Assembly: GCA_038087875.1 (NCBI GenBank)
Contig: JAXLNO010000423.1
Location: forward strand, 62,001-126,000
Length of the DNA: 64,000 nucleotides
Source of the DNA: Malacoraja senta
Taxonomy: Eukaryota
Direction: 5' to 3'
Made by a program: the position numbers and the translations under genes. Positions 1 through 12,228 of the stretch are shown here, piece after piece. The number at the start of each line of letters is the position of its first letter. Position 1 is the first letter of the stretch. The notes beneath the pieces were generated by a model that had not been told where the DNA came from, did not search any database, and saw nothing but the letters and a program-made list of their open reading frames with translations.

Positions 1-260
1 CTACGGGAGTCAAGATCATCCCATCAACGGGGGCCCACGACCGAGGAAGAACAAAAGGAAGAGACTTGAACTTTATTTCGCCTTCCATCACAGTGAGGAA
101 TGTGTAGGAGTCACTGTGGTGGATGTTCATGTTAAAATGTGTTTTTTTGAGTGATCTGTTGCTTTTAATTGTATGACTGACCTGGCCAATGAAATTCCTC
201 GTATGTTGCAAAACATACTTGGCGAATAAAGTGTGATTCTGATTCTGATTCTGATTCTGA
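1..260 (+). mobile_element. 3' part of a non-autonomous LINE-like element with (GATTCT)n tail, inserted in the ERV 5' LTR
   Basis: AATAAA followed by (gattct)n at ~235-260. The motif ccttccatcacagtgagga...tcactgtggtggatgtt is shared with the element at 28835-29640. It directly abuts LTR sequence. Confidence 0.6.
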
Positions 261-413
261 TAAATGTCGGCTAATTCTGCTGTAGAGAAATGGTGAGCTG
301 TTAACTACCGCCATCTCTCCATGATATCAGGCAATAAAGTCTCTTGAAGCAAACCTGCAAAGTCACCGCTTTCCATTTTCCTTTAATTTCCCTATAAATT
401 AATTTCTTGCACA
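261..413 (+). repeat. ERV 5' LTR (3' portion)
   Basis: Aligns to ~6357-6513 with roughly 14 substitutions and one 4-nt indel. Contains AATAAA and ends in ...TTCTTGCACA. Confidence 0.9.
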
Positions 414-417
414 GAAT

Positions 418-436
418 ATAGGGTAGTCGCCAGGAT
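418..436 (+). promoter_or_regulatory. Degenerate primer-binding site, tRNA-Ser type
   Basis: gggtagtcgccaggat lies just downstream of the LTR end and resembles TGGCGTAGTCGGCAGGAT, the complement of the tRNA-Ser 3' end. Confidence 0.65.
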
Positions 437-620
437 CCCAATTGTAACGGGATTCGGACGAATATAAGTAGGAAATAAATGGGAATAAAAGGGAATGATA
501 AAACTGTCCTAACCGAAAGGGGGATGGGAGGGTTTGCCCGGGCAACCTAACTAGCCAGCTGGTTAATCACGCTTAGCCATGAGGCCTGTGGGGTGAAGCA
601 ATGCGGCGTGCCTCAACGAC

Positions 621-1945
621 TGATGAAGTGCTTTGAGAGATTGATCATGGCCAAATCAACTCCTACCTCGACAAAAACCTGGACCCACTGCAGTTTGCCT
701 ACCACCACAACAGATCAACGGTGGATGCGATCTCGCTGGCCCTCCACTCCGCTCTGGACCACTTGGACAACAAAAACTCATATGTCAGGCTGTTATTCAT
801 TGATTACAGCTCTGCATTTAATACAATCATCCCCTCCAAGCTCTCAGATCTGGGTCTCTGCGCATCCCTCTGCAATTGGATCCTCGACTTCCTCAAAGAT
901 CACAGACTGTTTGTATTGGTGGAAATGTGTCAGCCTCGATAACATTCAGCATGGGAGCACCTCAAGGCTGCGTGCTCAGCCCCCTGCTGTACTCACTCTA
1001 TACTCATGACTGCGTAGCCGGTCATAGTGTGAACTCCATCATCAAGTTCGCTGACGACACCACTGTTGTGGGACGTATCACTGATGGGGACGAGTCAGAG
1101 TATAGAAGTGAGATCGACCGACTGACCAAATGGTGCCAGCACAATAAACTGGCCCTCAACACCAGCAAAACCAAGGAACTGATTGTGGACTTTGGAAGGG
1201 GTAGGATGGGGACCCACAGTCCCGTTTATATCAATGGGCCGATGGTGGAGTGGGTCAAGAGTTTCAAATTCCTGGGCTTGCATATTTCTGAAGATCTCTC
1301 CTGGTCCGAGAACACTGATGCCATTATTAAGAAAGCACATCAGCGTCTCAACTTCCTGAGAAGATTACAGAGAGTCGGTATGTCAAGGAGGACTCTCTCT
1401 AACTTCTACAGGTGCACAGTAGAGAGCATGCTGTCCGGTTGCATTGTGGCTTGGTTCGGCAACTTGAGCGCCCAGGAGCGGAAAAGATTACAAAAAGTAG
1501 TAAACACTGCCCAGTCCATCATCGGTTCTGACCTCCCTACCATCGAGGGGATCTATCACAGTGGCTGCCTCAAAAAGGCTGGCAGCATCATCAAGGACAC
1601 ACACCATCCTGGCCACACACTCATCTCCCCGCTACCTTCAGGTAGAAGGTACAGGAGCCTGAAGACTGCAACGTCCAGGTTCAGAAATAGCTACTTCCCC
1701 ACAGCCATCAGGCTATTAAACTCAACTGAAACAAATCTCTGAACATTAATAGACCATTATCTGTTTATTTGAACTTTATCTGCTTATTTATTGATGTGTG
1801 TATATATTTATATAATGGTATATTGACACACTGATATGTTCTGTATTCATGCCTACTATATTCTGTTGTGCTGAAGCAAGGCAAGAATTCCATTGTCCTA
1901 TCTGGGACACATGACAATAAACGCTCTTGAATTAACTTGACTTGA
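621..1945 (+). mobile_element. 5'-truncated Rex1/Babar LINE (RT C-terminal half, frameshifted)
   Basis: [39 protein letters not shown] and SGRRYRSL motifs in ORFs 593-1742. AATAAA and a (CTTGA)n tail. Confidence 0.92.
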
Positions 1946-2059
1946 GAAGATAAATTGAAGCAGGTACTTTTTCATTGTACCGCTGCTGGCAAATTCATAT
2001 CACTATTCAGTGACGAATAAAACTGATTGTATTGTATCTGAACTATTCTTATCAGCGAT

Positions 2060-3310
2060 CGCCTGCTATGAACCCAGTTACCTTTGTTCCACTGCCAGAA
2101 GAGGGATGTGACCATGATTGTCTATTGCTTGTAGAAGCCACTGCCACTCCCCGGCTGGACACAGAGTCATCCAATTGATAATCCTGACCAGGTCCTATTT
2201 ACCGATGGCTCTTTACACCGACCCAGTGATGACAGATTATTAGCAGGATATGCGGTGGTCACACCATACCATGTGCTGGAGGCATATGCTTTACCATCCG
2301 GAACGTCCGCTCAGGCAGGCTGAGCTGTATACCCTGACTCATGCCTGCATATTGGCAAAAGATAAAAGTGCTAATATCTACACCGATTCTCGCTATGCAT
2401 TTGGGGTTGTACAAGACTTTTGGCAGTTATGGGAAAATAGAGGATCCATCACATCAACGGGAAAGACTATTAAGCATGATAAACTGGTCTTAAATTTACT
2501 GGATGCTATCCAATTGCCACAGCAAATCGCAGTTATTAAATGTGAGGCTCATACATCATCAAATGATGATGTGTCAAAGGGAAACAGATCAGCTGATTAT
2601 GTAGCCAAACAGATTGCCCTCAGGCAAACCCCACAAGTACAAGCAGTTAAAATTGAGTCGGCAACACAAAGAAAGCTCCCGGTTAGCATTGATGTAGCCC
2701 AGTTACAGGATGCCCAGAGCCTAGCATCACTCCAAGAAAAGAATTCCTGGAGCAAAGCAGGGTGTTATCAAGGCCCCATTGTCTGGGTCCACCCTGATGC
2801 TCAGGTAGTTTGTCCAAGGAGCCTATTTTTGTCCCTGTCTCGCCTAGCCCATGGGCAGGCTCACATGGGAAAAGGGGGGGATGGCACACGCATTGTCCCA
2901 GCAATGGTATGCACCAGGTATATCAGTTATAATTGATAAAGTTGCAAGAACATGTCTGGTGTGTCAACAAAATAATAGAGGGAAGACGACTGCGATATTT
3001 GATCACCTACCACAATCTGAAATGCCTTTTGAGAATTTGCAGATTGATTTCGTACATATGCCCGCAGCAAAGGGTTTTAAGTACATTCTGTTGATAGTTG
3101 ATATGTTCTCCATATGGGTGGAAGCACACCCCACAAGGAGGGATGATGCAAGGACGGTAGTCAATATTTTAATTAAATAAATAATACTTAGATTCGAATA
3201 ATGGGAATAAACAGTGATAGAGGAACTCATTTTACCAATAAATTAGTTCAGAACCTGTCGAAGGCTCTTGGGTTCCAGTGGGAATTACACGTACCATATC
3301 AATCACAGTC
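2060..3310 (+). pseudogene. pol: ERV pol remnant: RNase H and integrase N-terminal half
   Basis: LFTDGS, QAEL, NIYTDSRYAFG and IKCEAH (RNase H). HGQAH...CLVC zinc finger, LQIDF, VDMFSIWVEA and SDRGTHF (integrase). Several frameshifts. Confidence 0.92.
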
Positions 3311-4681
3311 TTGCAGTAGAACTATAGTCGCCTTGTTTTTGATGGCAATCTGTTCGATGACGTTGAGCTTGGTGGTGGGAAGGCCTTCAACATTGAGCTG
3401 CAGTAGCGCTAAACCTCGACAGTTGGCATCATTTAACGGTGCCGCCTGGCCTGGGGAGGCATGGCTTTTAGCGGTCTGCAGACGTGGTAAAGACATTGGT
3501 TTCGCTTTGTGGGCTTATGAGCCTGTAAGCTACTCGTAGAGGAGGCCGCGTAAAGGCACCAATGCTGTTCAATATCTACATCCATGACCTGCCTGCAACC
3601 CAGTCAAAGAAGTATGGCTATGCTGATGACCTGGCCATCCTACTCAGTAAGCCATCCTGGGAAGCAGCAGAAGAGGGCCTCTCTGAAGACATGAACATCC
3701 TGTCTTCATACCTGAGGAACTGGTGCCTCAAGCTCAGCATGGGTAAGACAACATCTTCAATGTTCCACTTCAACAACAGGGAAGCGTCCCGCGAGATGAA
3801 CATCATGGTGGTTAATGCCCGATTATGGTCCCAGCCCGTCCCCACGTACCTCGGTGTGAAGCTCGACAGAACGTTGTCATTCAAACAACACCTGGAAGGT
3901 GCCAAGGCAATTACACTGATTCGCCACCTAGCCGGCACCACATGGGGAGCCACGACGAAGACACTGCGCATGTCCACAGTGGCCCTGGTGTTCTCAGCCG
4001 CCGAGTACTGCGCCCCGGTCTGGTGCCGTAGCCCTCACGCCAAGAAGCTGGATGCTGCCCTCAACAGCGCCCTGCGGACTGTCTCCGGATGCCTACGAGC
4101 CACCCCAGTAAACCAACTGCCCGTCCTCGCTGACATCGCCCCAGCCACCATCAGACGAGAAGCAGCCACGCTGGCCCTCTCTCGAAAGGCACAAACCAGT
4201 GAATCCCACCTCCTCCATCAGATCATCACAGAGACACCAAGACGAGTGCGCCTCAAGTCACGGCACCCCTTTGCCACGCAAGCCCAAGAGCTGCTCTGCA
4301 CAACACCGGCTGACGCTTCTAAGGCTGCCTGGGTCAAGACGAGATGGAGAGACCAATGGAAGTCAGCTGAACCATCTAGGCTACACCATTACATCGATGA
4401 CCCCATGGCCAGGACCAGCCCCGAAAGCAGTGGACGACCCTCAACCGCTTGAGGACAGGCATCGGACGCTATGGAGTAGCGATGAAGAGGTGGGGCCTCG
4501 TGGACAGCACCTCCTGCGAGTGTGGGGACCCAACACAGACAGTGGAGCACATAGTCACCAGTTGCCCCAAACACCGGCCACCGAATGGTGAACGAGGTCT
4601 GATTGACCTGGACGATGACACGTTGGCCTGGCTCGCCTCAACGGAGCTGCAGGTCTAAAAGACACATGACAGAAGAAGAAG
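3311..4681 (+). mobile_element. Vingi/Ingi-like LINE insertion with an inverted 5' segment
   Basis: 10-bp TSD AATCACAGTC (3301-3310, 4682-4691). Plus strand has YADD RT, LAGTTWGA, CECG..QTVEHIV..C and an (AAG)n tail. Minus strand 3311-~3554 encodes the APE endonuclease start LQLNVEGL...VLLQ. Confidence 0.85.
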
Positions 4682-5225
4682 AATCACAGTCCTCAGGGAT
4701 GGTAGAAAGAGTAAATGGGGAAATAAAAGCTACTTTGGCCAAGGTATGCCAGCAAAATAGACTGTGGTGGCTAGATGCCATGCCCATAGTGATGTATGGC
4801 CTGAGGAATCAGAAAAATAGAAACACGGGCCTTACACCTCACGAGATATCGATGGGGCGACCTATGACAACAGGAACCCGGACCCCGATGACTCCTGAGA
4901 AGGTAGCCCTGATATGGTACAATGAAAAATCCTTAAGAAATGCTCAAGCCATGTGTGAAACAGTGGGTACAATCTATGAGAAAGTTAAGCAGGCACAGGT
5001 CCCTCCGGCAAAAGGAAATATGCACCCGTTTAAATCAGGAGATCAGGTTTATGCGCGAGCAATAAACATTCTTTCTCTCCAAGATGGAAAGGACCATATT
5101 TAGTGCTGCTAACAATATGGACAGCAGTAAAAGTAAAAGAAAAACCCGATTGGATACATGCCACCAGATGTAAACTGCATCACTCAAACGGAACCCTCAA
5201 GGAGAAGGAAGCACAAGAGTCGTAA
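4682..5225 (+). pseudogene. pol: ERV pol remnant: integrase C-terminal half
   Basis: QSSGMVERVNGEIK, TGLTPHE, HPFKSGDQV, W.GPY.VLLT and WIHATRCK. Continues the frame interrupted at 3310. Confidence 0.9.
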
Positions 5226-5261
5226 AATTTTGTAATGATATGACGATCATAAAAAGTGTCA

Positions 5262-5724
5262 AAATGTAGACATATTCCTTATTAACTATCTTTGTAGTAT
5301 TAAATACATGGATATACTAACATTATATGGGATCATAGAGGACATGAGGGTGAAGTGAGGCATCTAGAAAGTTACGAGAAACAGGGTGAAGGTAGAAGTT
5401 GGACTATGAAATTCAACTAACAAATTTTACACAGGACACAGTGAACACACTGCTGAGAGAAACAGGCTTCCTTATCTGAGTGGGATGATTAGGATGTTGC
5501 ATTTGTGCCCATATCCCTACCCATGCTGAAGGAGTATCCCCTTGCGAGCTATTCCATTTATTGTGTCCGGGGTTGCTGAATGGCTAATTAGACGAAACCA
5601 TTCAGGAGACCCTAGCAACACCTCTGACGTAAGAGAATGGTCCTCAGCAGGCTTTTATTTGTCTATGTTCAAGGGCTGGTTCCAACCAGATTATAATCAG
5701 ACATGCCTCCATTTTTGCACCTAA
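5262..5724 (+). pseudogene. env: ERV env remnant (signal/SU start only)
   Basis: Located after pol, with a hydrophobic start and a CCICAHIP (CWxC-like) motif at ~5495-5520. No TM region is seen before the PPT. Confidence 0.6.
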
Positions 5725-5776
5725 TTAATGAAACCATAATATAAGTGTTGATCATAAAGATCAACAAGGAGGGAAC

Positions 5777-6513
5777 TGTGGAAGAAAATATTAAAATCCT
5801 TTCTTACTTAATTTTGATCGGAATTGAACAAGGTAATGAAAGAGTGTGTGGATGTAGCAATTGGCATCTCTCGTTGACCAGGTGTAGAAGAGGTTCATGG
5901 GAATCGGAAAAATAAGATTTAGACACATTACCTCTTGTCTGGGAATGTGTTGAATGGTGGATGGTGAATGTCAACGTATCAAAATTAGGACAGAGGTAAG
6001 GAAGCTTGTTTTCCTCTGTGGGAAGTTACAGTAGACCACCCGTGCCCCCTACCACTAGTAGCATAGAAATGTTGCAGTAAATGGGGAGCTTATGATTGAC
6101 TCAGAGAGGGGTTGATGGCGCGGTCCGCCTAAAAAGTGAGATAGAATAATGTCAAGATGCCCTAGTATTATGTTTGACTTGTATTAAGCATCTGTTGTTG
6201 AATAAGATTAACATAAACAGAAAATATATTATGACTAATTAAATAATGAATACCAATGTAGTAGATGGTAATTTTTGGAAAACATATAACCAAGGACAAA
6301 GTATATTTTCGTACAGTTGTATCGAACAAAAAATAAAAGTTGTTTACTGTACAGTATAACTGTTGGCTAATTCTGATGTAGTCAAAGAACTGGTGAACAG
6401 TTAACTGCCGCCATCTCTCCATGATATCATGCAATAAAGTCTCTTGAAGCAAACCTGCGAAGTCTCCACTTTTCATTTTCCTTTCATTTCCCTCTAAATT
6501 AATTTCTTCCACA
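5777..6513 (+). repeat. ERV 3' LTR (737 bp)
   Basis: Preceded by the PPT aaggagggaac. Termini TGTGGAAGAAA...TTTCTTCCACA are inverted repeats. AATAAA at ~6433. Confidence 0.92.
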
Positions 6514-7004
6514 CTTCCCATGGGGGCAGGGGATGTTGGCTGATGGATGATGGATCATTGGATGGATCCAATGCATGCTGTAGATCTACTATTGGGTGGG
6601 CTCAGTTTGCATTGGTTGTTCTGAAGACAGTGACAGTGGAAGATCGGACATGAGCACAACGGGTCAATATTGTAAGTTAGTTGGTAGAAGGACATCAGGT
6701 CCCACGCTGGTTAACCAAACTCAACCATGAACCCTTCATGCCACACCCTTCAGCACGCACGGCACAGTAGATGACTAGGGGATCACAGTCTGAGAGATCC
6801 TCCAGTGCATTGCTGTGAGAACCACAGGTACAGTGGCACCATTTCAATGTGTTGCAAACTCCACTCCAGTTTGCCCCAATCAGTAGCATGTTTTTGACCT
6901 AAATGCATTGTTTTTGAATACCTATCAGGAAACTCCACTGAAACAGAAAATCTGGTCAATAAAACATCATTATTACTGTGGAGAAATTAGATGCTGTGCT
7001 TCAA

Positions 7005-7156
7005 TTACATTGTAACTTTATCCTCAATCTGTATACTGTGGACAGCTTGATTGTAATCATGTATAGTCTTTTCACTGACTGGAGAGCACACGATAAACAA
7101 GCTATTCACTGTACCTCGGTACACGTGACAATAATGAACTAAACTCAACTAAAACT
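7005..7156 (+). mobile_element. Rex1-type LINE 3' UTR fragment
   Basis: ttcactgtacctcggtacacgtgacaata hairpin motif plus an (aact)n-like tail. Confidence 0.6.
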
Positions 7157-7187
7157 AGCAGGAAGTGTACTTTAAAATAATTTGATT

Positions 7188-7331
7188 GACAAAGGACAAA
7201 GGACAAAGGACAAAGGACAAAGGACAAAGGACAAAGGACAAAGGACAAAGGACAAAGGACAAAGGACAAAGGACAAAGGACAAAGGACAAAGGACAAAGG
7301 ACAAAGGACAAAGGACAAAGGACAAAGGACA
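7188..7331. repeat. (GACAAAG)n heptamer microsatellite, ~20.5 perfect units
   Basis: Read directly from the sequence. Confidence 0.98.
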
Positions 7332-7500
7332 TTTATTGTCACATACACCAATTGGTGTAGTGAAATTCGACTTGCCAATGCAGCACATGAATAAAGATAA
7401 TACACAACATTAAAGAATTTAACAGAATTTAACAATAAACATAAAAACATCCCCCCACAATGGTCCCCACTGTGGGGGAAGGCAGCAAAGTCCAGTCCAA
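7188..7500 (-). mobile_element. Minus-strand Rex1-type LINE 3' end whose tail is the heptamer array
   Basis: tttattgtcacatacaccaattggtgtagtgaaat follows the array; it is the reverse complement of the hairpin-plus-AATAAA terminus. Confidence 0.7.
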
Positions 7501-9099
7501 TAAAGCCCCCAGGGATAACCTGAGCAAAAGAAGCACTGTAGAAATTAAAATTCTTCTCAAAGCATGTACTTGCTGGATCACAAGTGGTCGAGTACAGAAA
7601 ACACTCGTGGATGATACAGCATCACATGTTAAGGGTTAAGGAAAGATGTTAGGCGCAGTTGAGTGTTTGAAGAATATTATGATTTATTGGCCACTGCTCT
7701 CATCTAACATCTAGGTTTTGACGAGACAGAACAAATAATTGTTAAAATCCCCTTCATATTGTTTCTTCATCACTAAGATTACTTGAAGCAAAGCTCTACC
7801 GACCGTAATTGATTTTGAGAGGAGAATTATGAAAGGACAACCGCCAGCAATCTGCCAGTGAGGCCTGTCGAGAATCAGTTCCAACAACTCACGGCTTCTC
7901 CCCGATAATAAGGACAAACAAACCAAATGTGTGATTAATACTTCAGCAAAATCTTCCCCTGAGTGTCAGAGGGGGGCAAATGAAGGGAAAAAAACACAAA
8001 TTGACTTCTCAAGGATGAAGCTGTCTGATAACAGAAGCACAAAAAGACTACATTAAAGTTTACGTGTTGGAAGGAACTGCAGATAGAAACATAGAAAATA
8101 CGTGCAGGAGTAGGCCATTCGGCCCTTCAAGCCTGCACCGCCATTCAATATGATCATGGCTGATCAATATGATCATGGCTGGTTTATACCGAAGATAGAC
8201 ACAAAATGCTGGAGTAACACAGCGGGTCAGGCAGCATCTCTGGAGAAAAGTCTGTTCATCTTCATTAAAGTTTAGCTTCATCGTGTAGAAATGGTTACAC
8301 ACAACTTCCTGCTGGTCCTGGAAAATCAATTGAACTCAAAGCAATTTGGGGGCACAAGATACTGCAAATGATGCGATCTTGAGAAATAAACAAAGTGCTG
8401 GATGAACTCAACAGGTCAGGCAGCATCTTCGAAGCGAAATGCTCAGACCTTACTTTACTCCTGATTCAAAAGGTCATCTGTCCGTTGCTGCCTGACCCGA
8501 TGACTTCCTCAAAAGCAATTCCATTGATCCACTAATTGGCAGTTGTGCTATCTGCCATCTGTTTAAAACTAAGCAAACCCAACCCTCTGTTCCCCAGCCT
8601 CTTCTTTTAAAATGTTCTCGGTAAGCTTTTTGTTCAGCAAAGCTTTCCTCAACTGTTCCAATTGCGCGGAAGCAAAATATTTCATGTCTCAAATCTGAAA
8701 TAAAACAGAATGAAGGGAACACCCAGCAGGTCAGGCAGCAGCTGTGAGGAGAAAAACAGTGTTATCCTTTCAGATCAAAGACCTTCATTAATTCACCATT
8801 TCTGATAAATGAACGTCGACCTGAAACATTAATTGTCTACAGATGCTACATGAGTGTTTTGTGCGTTCCCTGTTATATTTTCCTTCACTCAGAACTAATG
8901 ATTAATGTCAACCAATTTGTGAATTTGGAGCAGGCACATCAGGAAGTGGAAGTCCTGATGTTGTTGAAAGATTCCAGCTGGTGATTCAGTCACTGGGCTA
9001 CAGTGCAGGATCCGTGTGGAGCACAGGCTGGATCTTTGGAGAAGAGGAATGGGTGACATTTCGGGTCGAGACCCTACTTCATAGATAAATAGGTATCTA

Positions 9100-10140
9100 T
9101 AGTGGCAATGTTACAAAATTTTGAGATTTTAAAAATCAAGTCTGCAATTTATCCCATCAGATAAAGCATAAAAAGAAGTTTAATTTGACACATAATTCAC
9201 TTTCATATCTTCAGTATTAAAAAAGGTATGGCCATTTTCATACTCGGAAATTAGCATCTTGTTCCCTATTGCTTTTCCATTGACTTAACTGAAAAGCTGT
9301 GATCGAGGACAGTCAAAAGCCCATAAATTTCTTAAAAATTAAGAGAACTGAATGACATTTTCAGTTATTATAGATTGAAGCATTCTGAAACAAATATGAA
9401 ACAATCTTACTTGGATGACCTGAAATTAAAGCATTTAATTAGTTAGTTACCTAGCTAATTACAAAATTCATTTACTAGATCTAAACATCTATCAATTTCT
9501 TAAGAAAAGATTAACATTTTTAAATAGCCTAAGTGTCCAAATACCATTCACACAAGAATTCACAATATAACATGATTTTTAAATCTCATTGTCATGAATT
9601 TATATGCCAAATGGAAGGAATTTAATGTTTAATTCCCGTAAATTAATGGCCATTTAAATCATCTTGCGAGTGGGATTTTGTGGAACGCGATCGTTTGGAA
9701 CGTTGCGGTTGCGGTGAATTTAAACCCCATATCGGCAGGAAAAATACTGCTGGTTCGTATATTTACATAATCACATTTTCGCAATGTAAAATTTTGATTA
9801 AAGGCATCCTAAGAAGCAAGTTTATATGTAAAATAAACGGCTTTTTTTTACCTGTCCCATGCGTGAAATCCGTCCCCTATGTCGGTGTTGACGGCTTTAG
9901 AAGATGCTTTTTAATTTACTCCAGCTATTAAATTATCCAGTGCAGTTTAAAATAAATTTAATAAAACCGATGTCGAAGCGATTTTTCTTCAGCATCTAAA
10001 CAGCCTGTTCAAAATCGATTTGAATAGACTGGAGAAATACCGCATTTTAAACCTGCCCCCCTCTCAAAGGCGCCAAAGTCGCGCACACGGGCAGTGACAG
10101 AAATGCAGCGCCGCTGAAGGTAAGTTTTGTAACATACCTA
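9100..10140. mobile_element. Non-autonomous DNA transposon with short imperfect TIRs
   Basis: Left end ...GGCAATGTTACAAAA, right end TTTTGTAACATACC. Flanking direct repeat is TCTA or TATCTATAGT depending on where the ends are placed. No coding capacity. Confidence 0.7.
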
Positions 10141-10146
10141 TCTATA

Positions 10147-10340
10147 GTAGACAAAAAATCTGGGGAAATTCAGCGGGTAAGTCAGCATCTATGGAGCGAA
10201 GGAATAGGCGACGTTTCGAAGGATCTCGACCCGAAACATCGCCTATTTCCTTCGCTCCATAGATGCTGCTTCACCCACTGAGTTTCTCCAGCTTTTTTGT
10301 CTACCTTCGATTTTTCCAGCATCTGCAGTTCTTTCTTAAA
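10147..10340. mobile_element. Penelope-derived terminal-repeat fold-back
   Basis: Two inverted copies of the cagcatctatggagcgaaggaa...ggcgacgtttcg repeat that also ends the Penelope element at 61847. Confidence 0.7.
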
Positions 10341-10466
10341 CAATAGGTATTTATATGCATGTGCACAACTAACATACATCTAGTGATAAAATCATAAATC
10401 CCGGCCAATGTCCCTTCACATGGGACAGTGTCAGGTCACAGTTCGGAAAAGTAAGTGAAGGAGAAA

Positions 10467-10786
10467 GGCGACAGTGTGGCGCAGTGGCAAAGTTGCTGCC
10501 TTACAGCACCAGAGACCCGGGGTCGATCCTGACTACAGGCGTTGTCCGTACGGAGTTTGTACATTTTCCCTGTTGACCGCGTGGGTTTTCTCCGGGACCG
10601 CTGCGGTTTCCTCCTACATTCCACAAGACGTGCAGGGTTGTAGGTTAATTGGTTTCTGTAAATTGTCCCTAGTTTGTAGGATGCAAAACTGGGATACATT
10701 AGAAGCAGTGCACAGGTGATCATTGTCAGCGTGGACTCGATGGGCCGAAGAGCCTGTTTACACACTGTATTTCTAAACTAAAACTA
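10467..10786 (+). mobile_element. tRNA-derived SINE (HE1/V-SINE-like)
   Basis: A box gtggcgcagtgg, B box gggtcgatcc, cggagtttgtac core, CR1-like 3' end and (taaac)n tail. Confidence 0.85.
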
Positions 10787-11593
10787 TACAAAGAAAGGTT
10801 CCACCCGAAGCATTGCATGTCCATTCCCTCCCCCGATGTTGCCTGAACCGCCGAGTTCTTTCAGTGCTTTGTATTTTGCTCAACACTTCTGTCAAGTTCT
10901 TACTAAATGTTAACCAGTTAATAGCTGCCCCATTAATGAAAGTTGTTGTTAGAATGATGGAGGAGGATACATATAGGGAAATTAGCATTTGAATATAGCC
11001 CTCAGTTCTGTGAGGCAGGAATATTCTCTCATATAGTTTTTTATGGTCTCATATAAACGTTGAGATTATTCCATTTCAAAAGAAAACCTGCGTGGTACTT
11101 ATATACTGCAGCCTGTTTGACAGTAGGCAGGAATAAACAACACATTTATACTCCAGCCTTTTGTGTCAATCTTCGGTTTAAATCAGCATCTGCAGTTCCT
11201 TCCTACACAACACATTTTTAAAGTCTTCATAGAGTTCAATGATTTACTTGAGCAGGCAAGCAGAATTCCATAAAGCTGGATGTAAAAGAAATGGCAGAAT
11301 AGTAATTTTTTGGATATATCATTGCTGAATGCTGCATGGGCTTTAACACATTTATGATCACTTGAGTGATTAAATGGAAGACGTTACATTTATGTATGAG
11401 AAAAGACTGAGCCAGATGACTTGTTGGAGGTCTTCATGATTATGAATGGGGTTGATAAAGTTAGAAATATATATGTCTCCATTTAATGGGAAATTTAAAA
11501 CTATAAGCCATAAATATAAGAGAGTTGTGAATAAATCTAATGAGATCAGTAGATTCCATGTGTAGACGGCAGTGAGAGCAGGAGCCTCAGTAT

Positions 11594-12228
11594 TACATGG
11601 AATAATTCTGTGCATTAAGTATAGAAGTTGGGATGTAATGTTAAAATTGTACAAGGCATTGGTGAGGCCAATTCTGGAGTATGGTGTACAATTTTGGTCG
11701 CCAAATTATAGGAAAGATGTCAACAAAATAGAGAGAGTACAGAGGAGATTTACTAGAATGTTGCCTGGGTTTCAGCACCTAAGTTACAGGGAAAGGTTGA
11801 ACAAGTTAGGTCTTTATTCGTTGGAACGCAGAAGGTTAAGGGGGGACTTGATAGAGGTCTTTAAAATTATGAGAGGGATAGACAGAGTTGACATGGATAA
11901 GCTTTTTCCATTGAGAGTAGGGAAGATTCAAACTAGAGGACATGATTTGAGAATTAAGGGACAGAAGTTTAGGGGTAACATGAGGGGGAACTTCTTTACT
12001 CAGAGAGTGGTAGCTGTGTGGAATGAGCTTCCAGTGGAAGTGGTGGAGGCAGGTTCGATTTTATCATTTAAAAATAAATTGGATAAGTACATGGACAGGA
12101 AAGGAATGGAGGGTTATGGTCTGAGTGCAGGTAGATGGGACTAGGTGAGAGTAAGTGTTCGACACGGACTAGAAGGGCCGAGATGGCCTGTTTCCGTGCT
12201 GTAATTGTTATATGGTTATATGGTTATA
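11594..12228 (+). mobile_element. CR1 LINE 3' fragment
   Basis: LYKALVRPILEY, ERRRLRGDLI, TRGH and WNELP motifs; (ATATGGTT)n tail. Confidence 0.92.

Larger units (their letters stand above)
261..6513 (+). mobile_element. Decayed endogenous retrovirus (class I / epsilon-like) with internal deletions and nested LINEs
   Basis: Paired LTR sequences, tRNA-Ser-like PBS, RNase H, integrase and env remnants, and a PPT before the 3' LTR. No gag/PR/RT is recognisable between ~620 and ~2040. Confidence 0.9.

Noticed and set aside
3497..3554. Possible HDV-like ribozyme in the inverted Vingi 5' UTR (contains CCUCCUC and GCGAA)
   Set aside because: I could not assign consistent P1/P2/P3 pairings, and the segment may be truncated at the inversion junction.
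7188..7331. CRISPR-like or telomere-like array
   Set aside because: Pure tandem repeat with no spacers, not TTAGGG, and in a eukaryotic LINE-tail context.
7102..7450. ORFs with (LCPLSFV)n or (KDKGQRT)n repeats
   Set aside because: Artefacts of the stop-free heptamer microsatellite.
10467..10540. tRNA gene at SINE heads (also 43229, 55697)
   Set aside because: A/B boxes continue into the SINE core and tail, with no complete cloverleaf.
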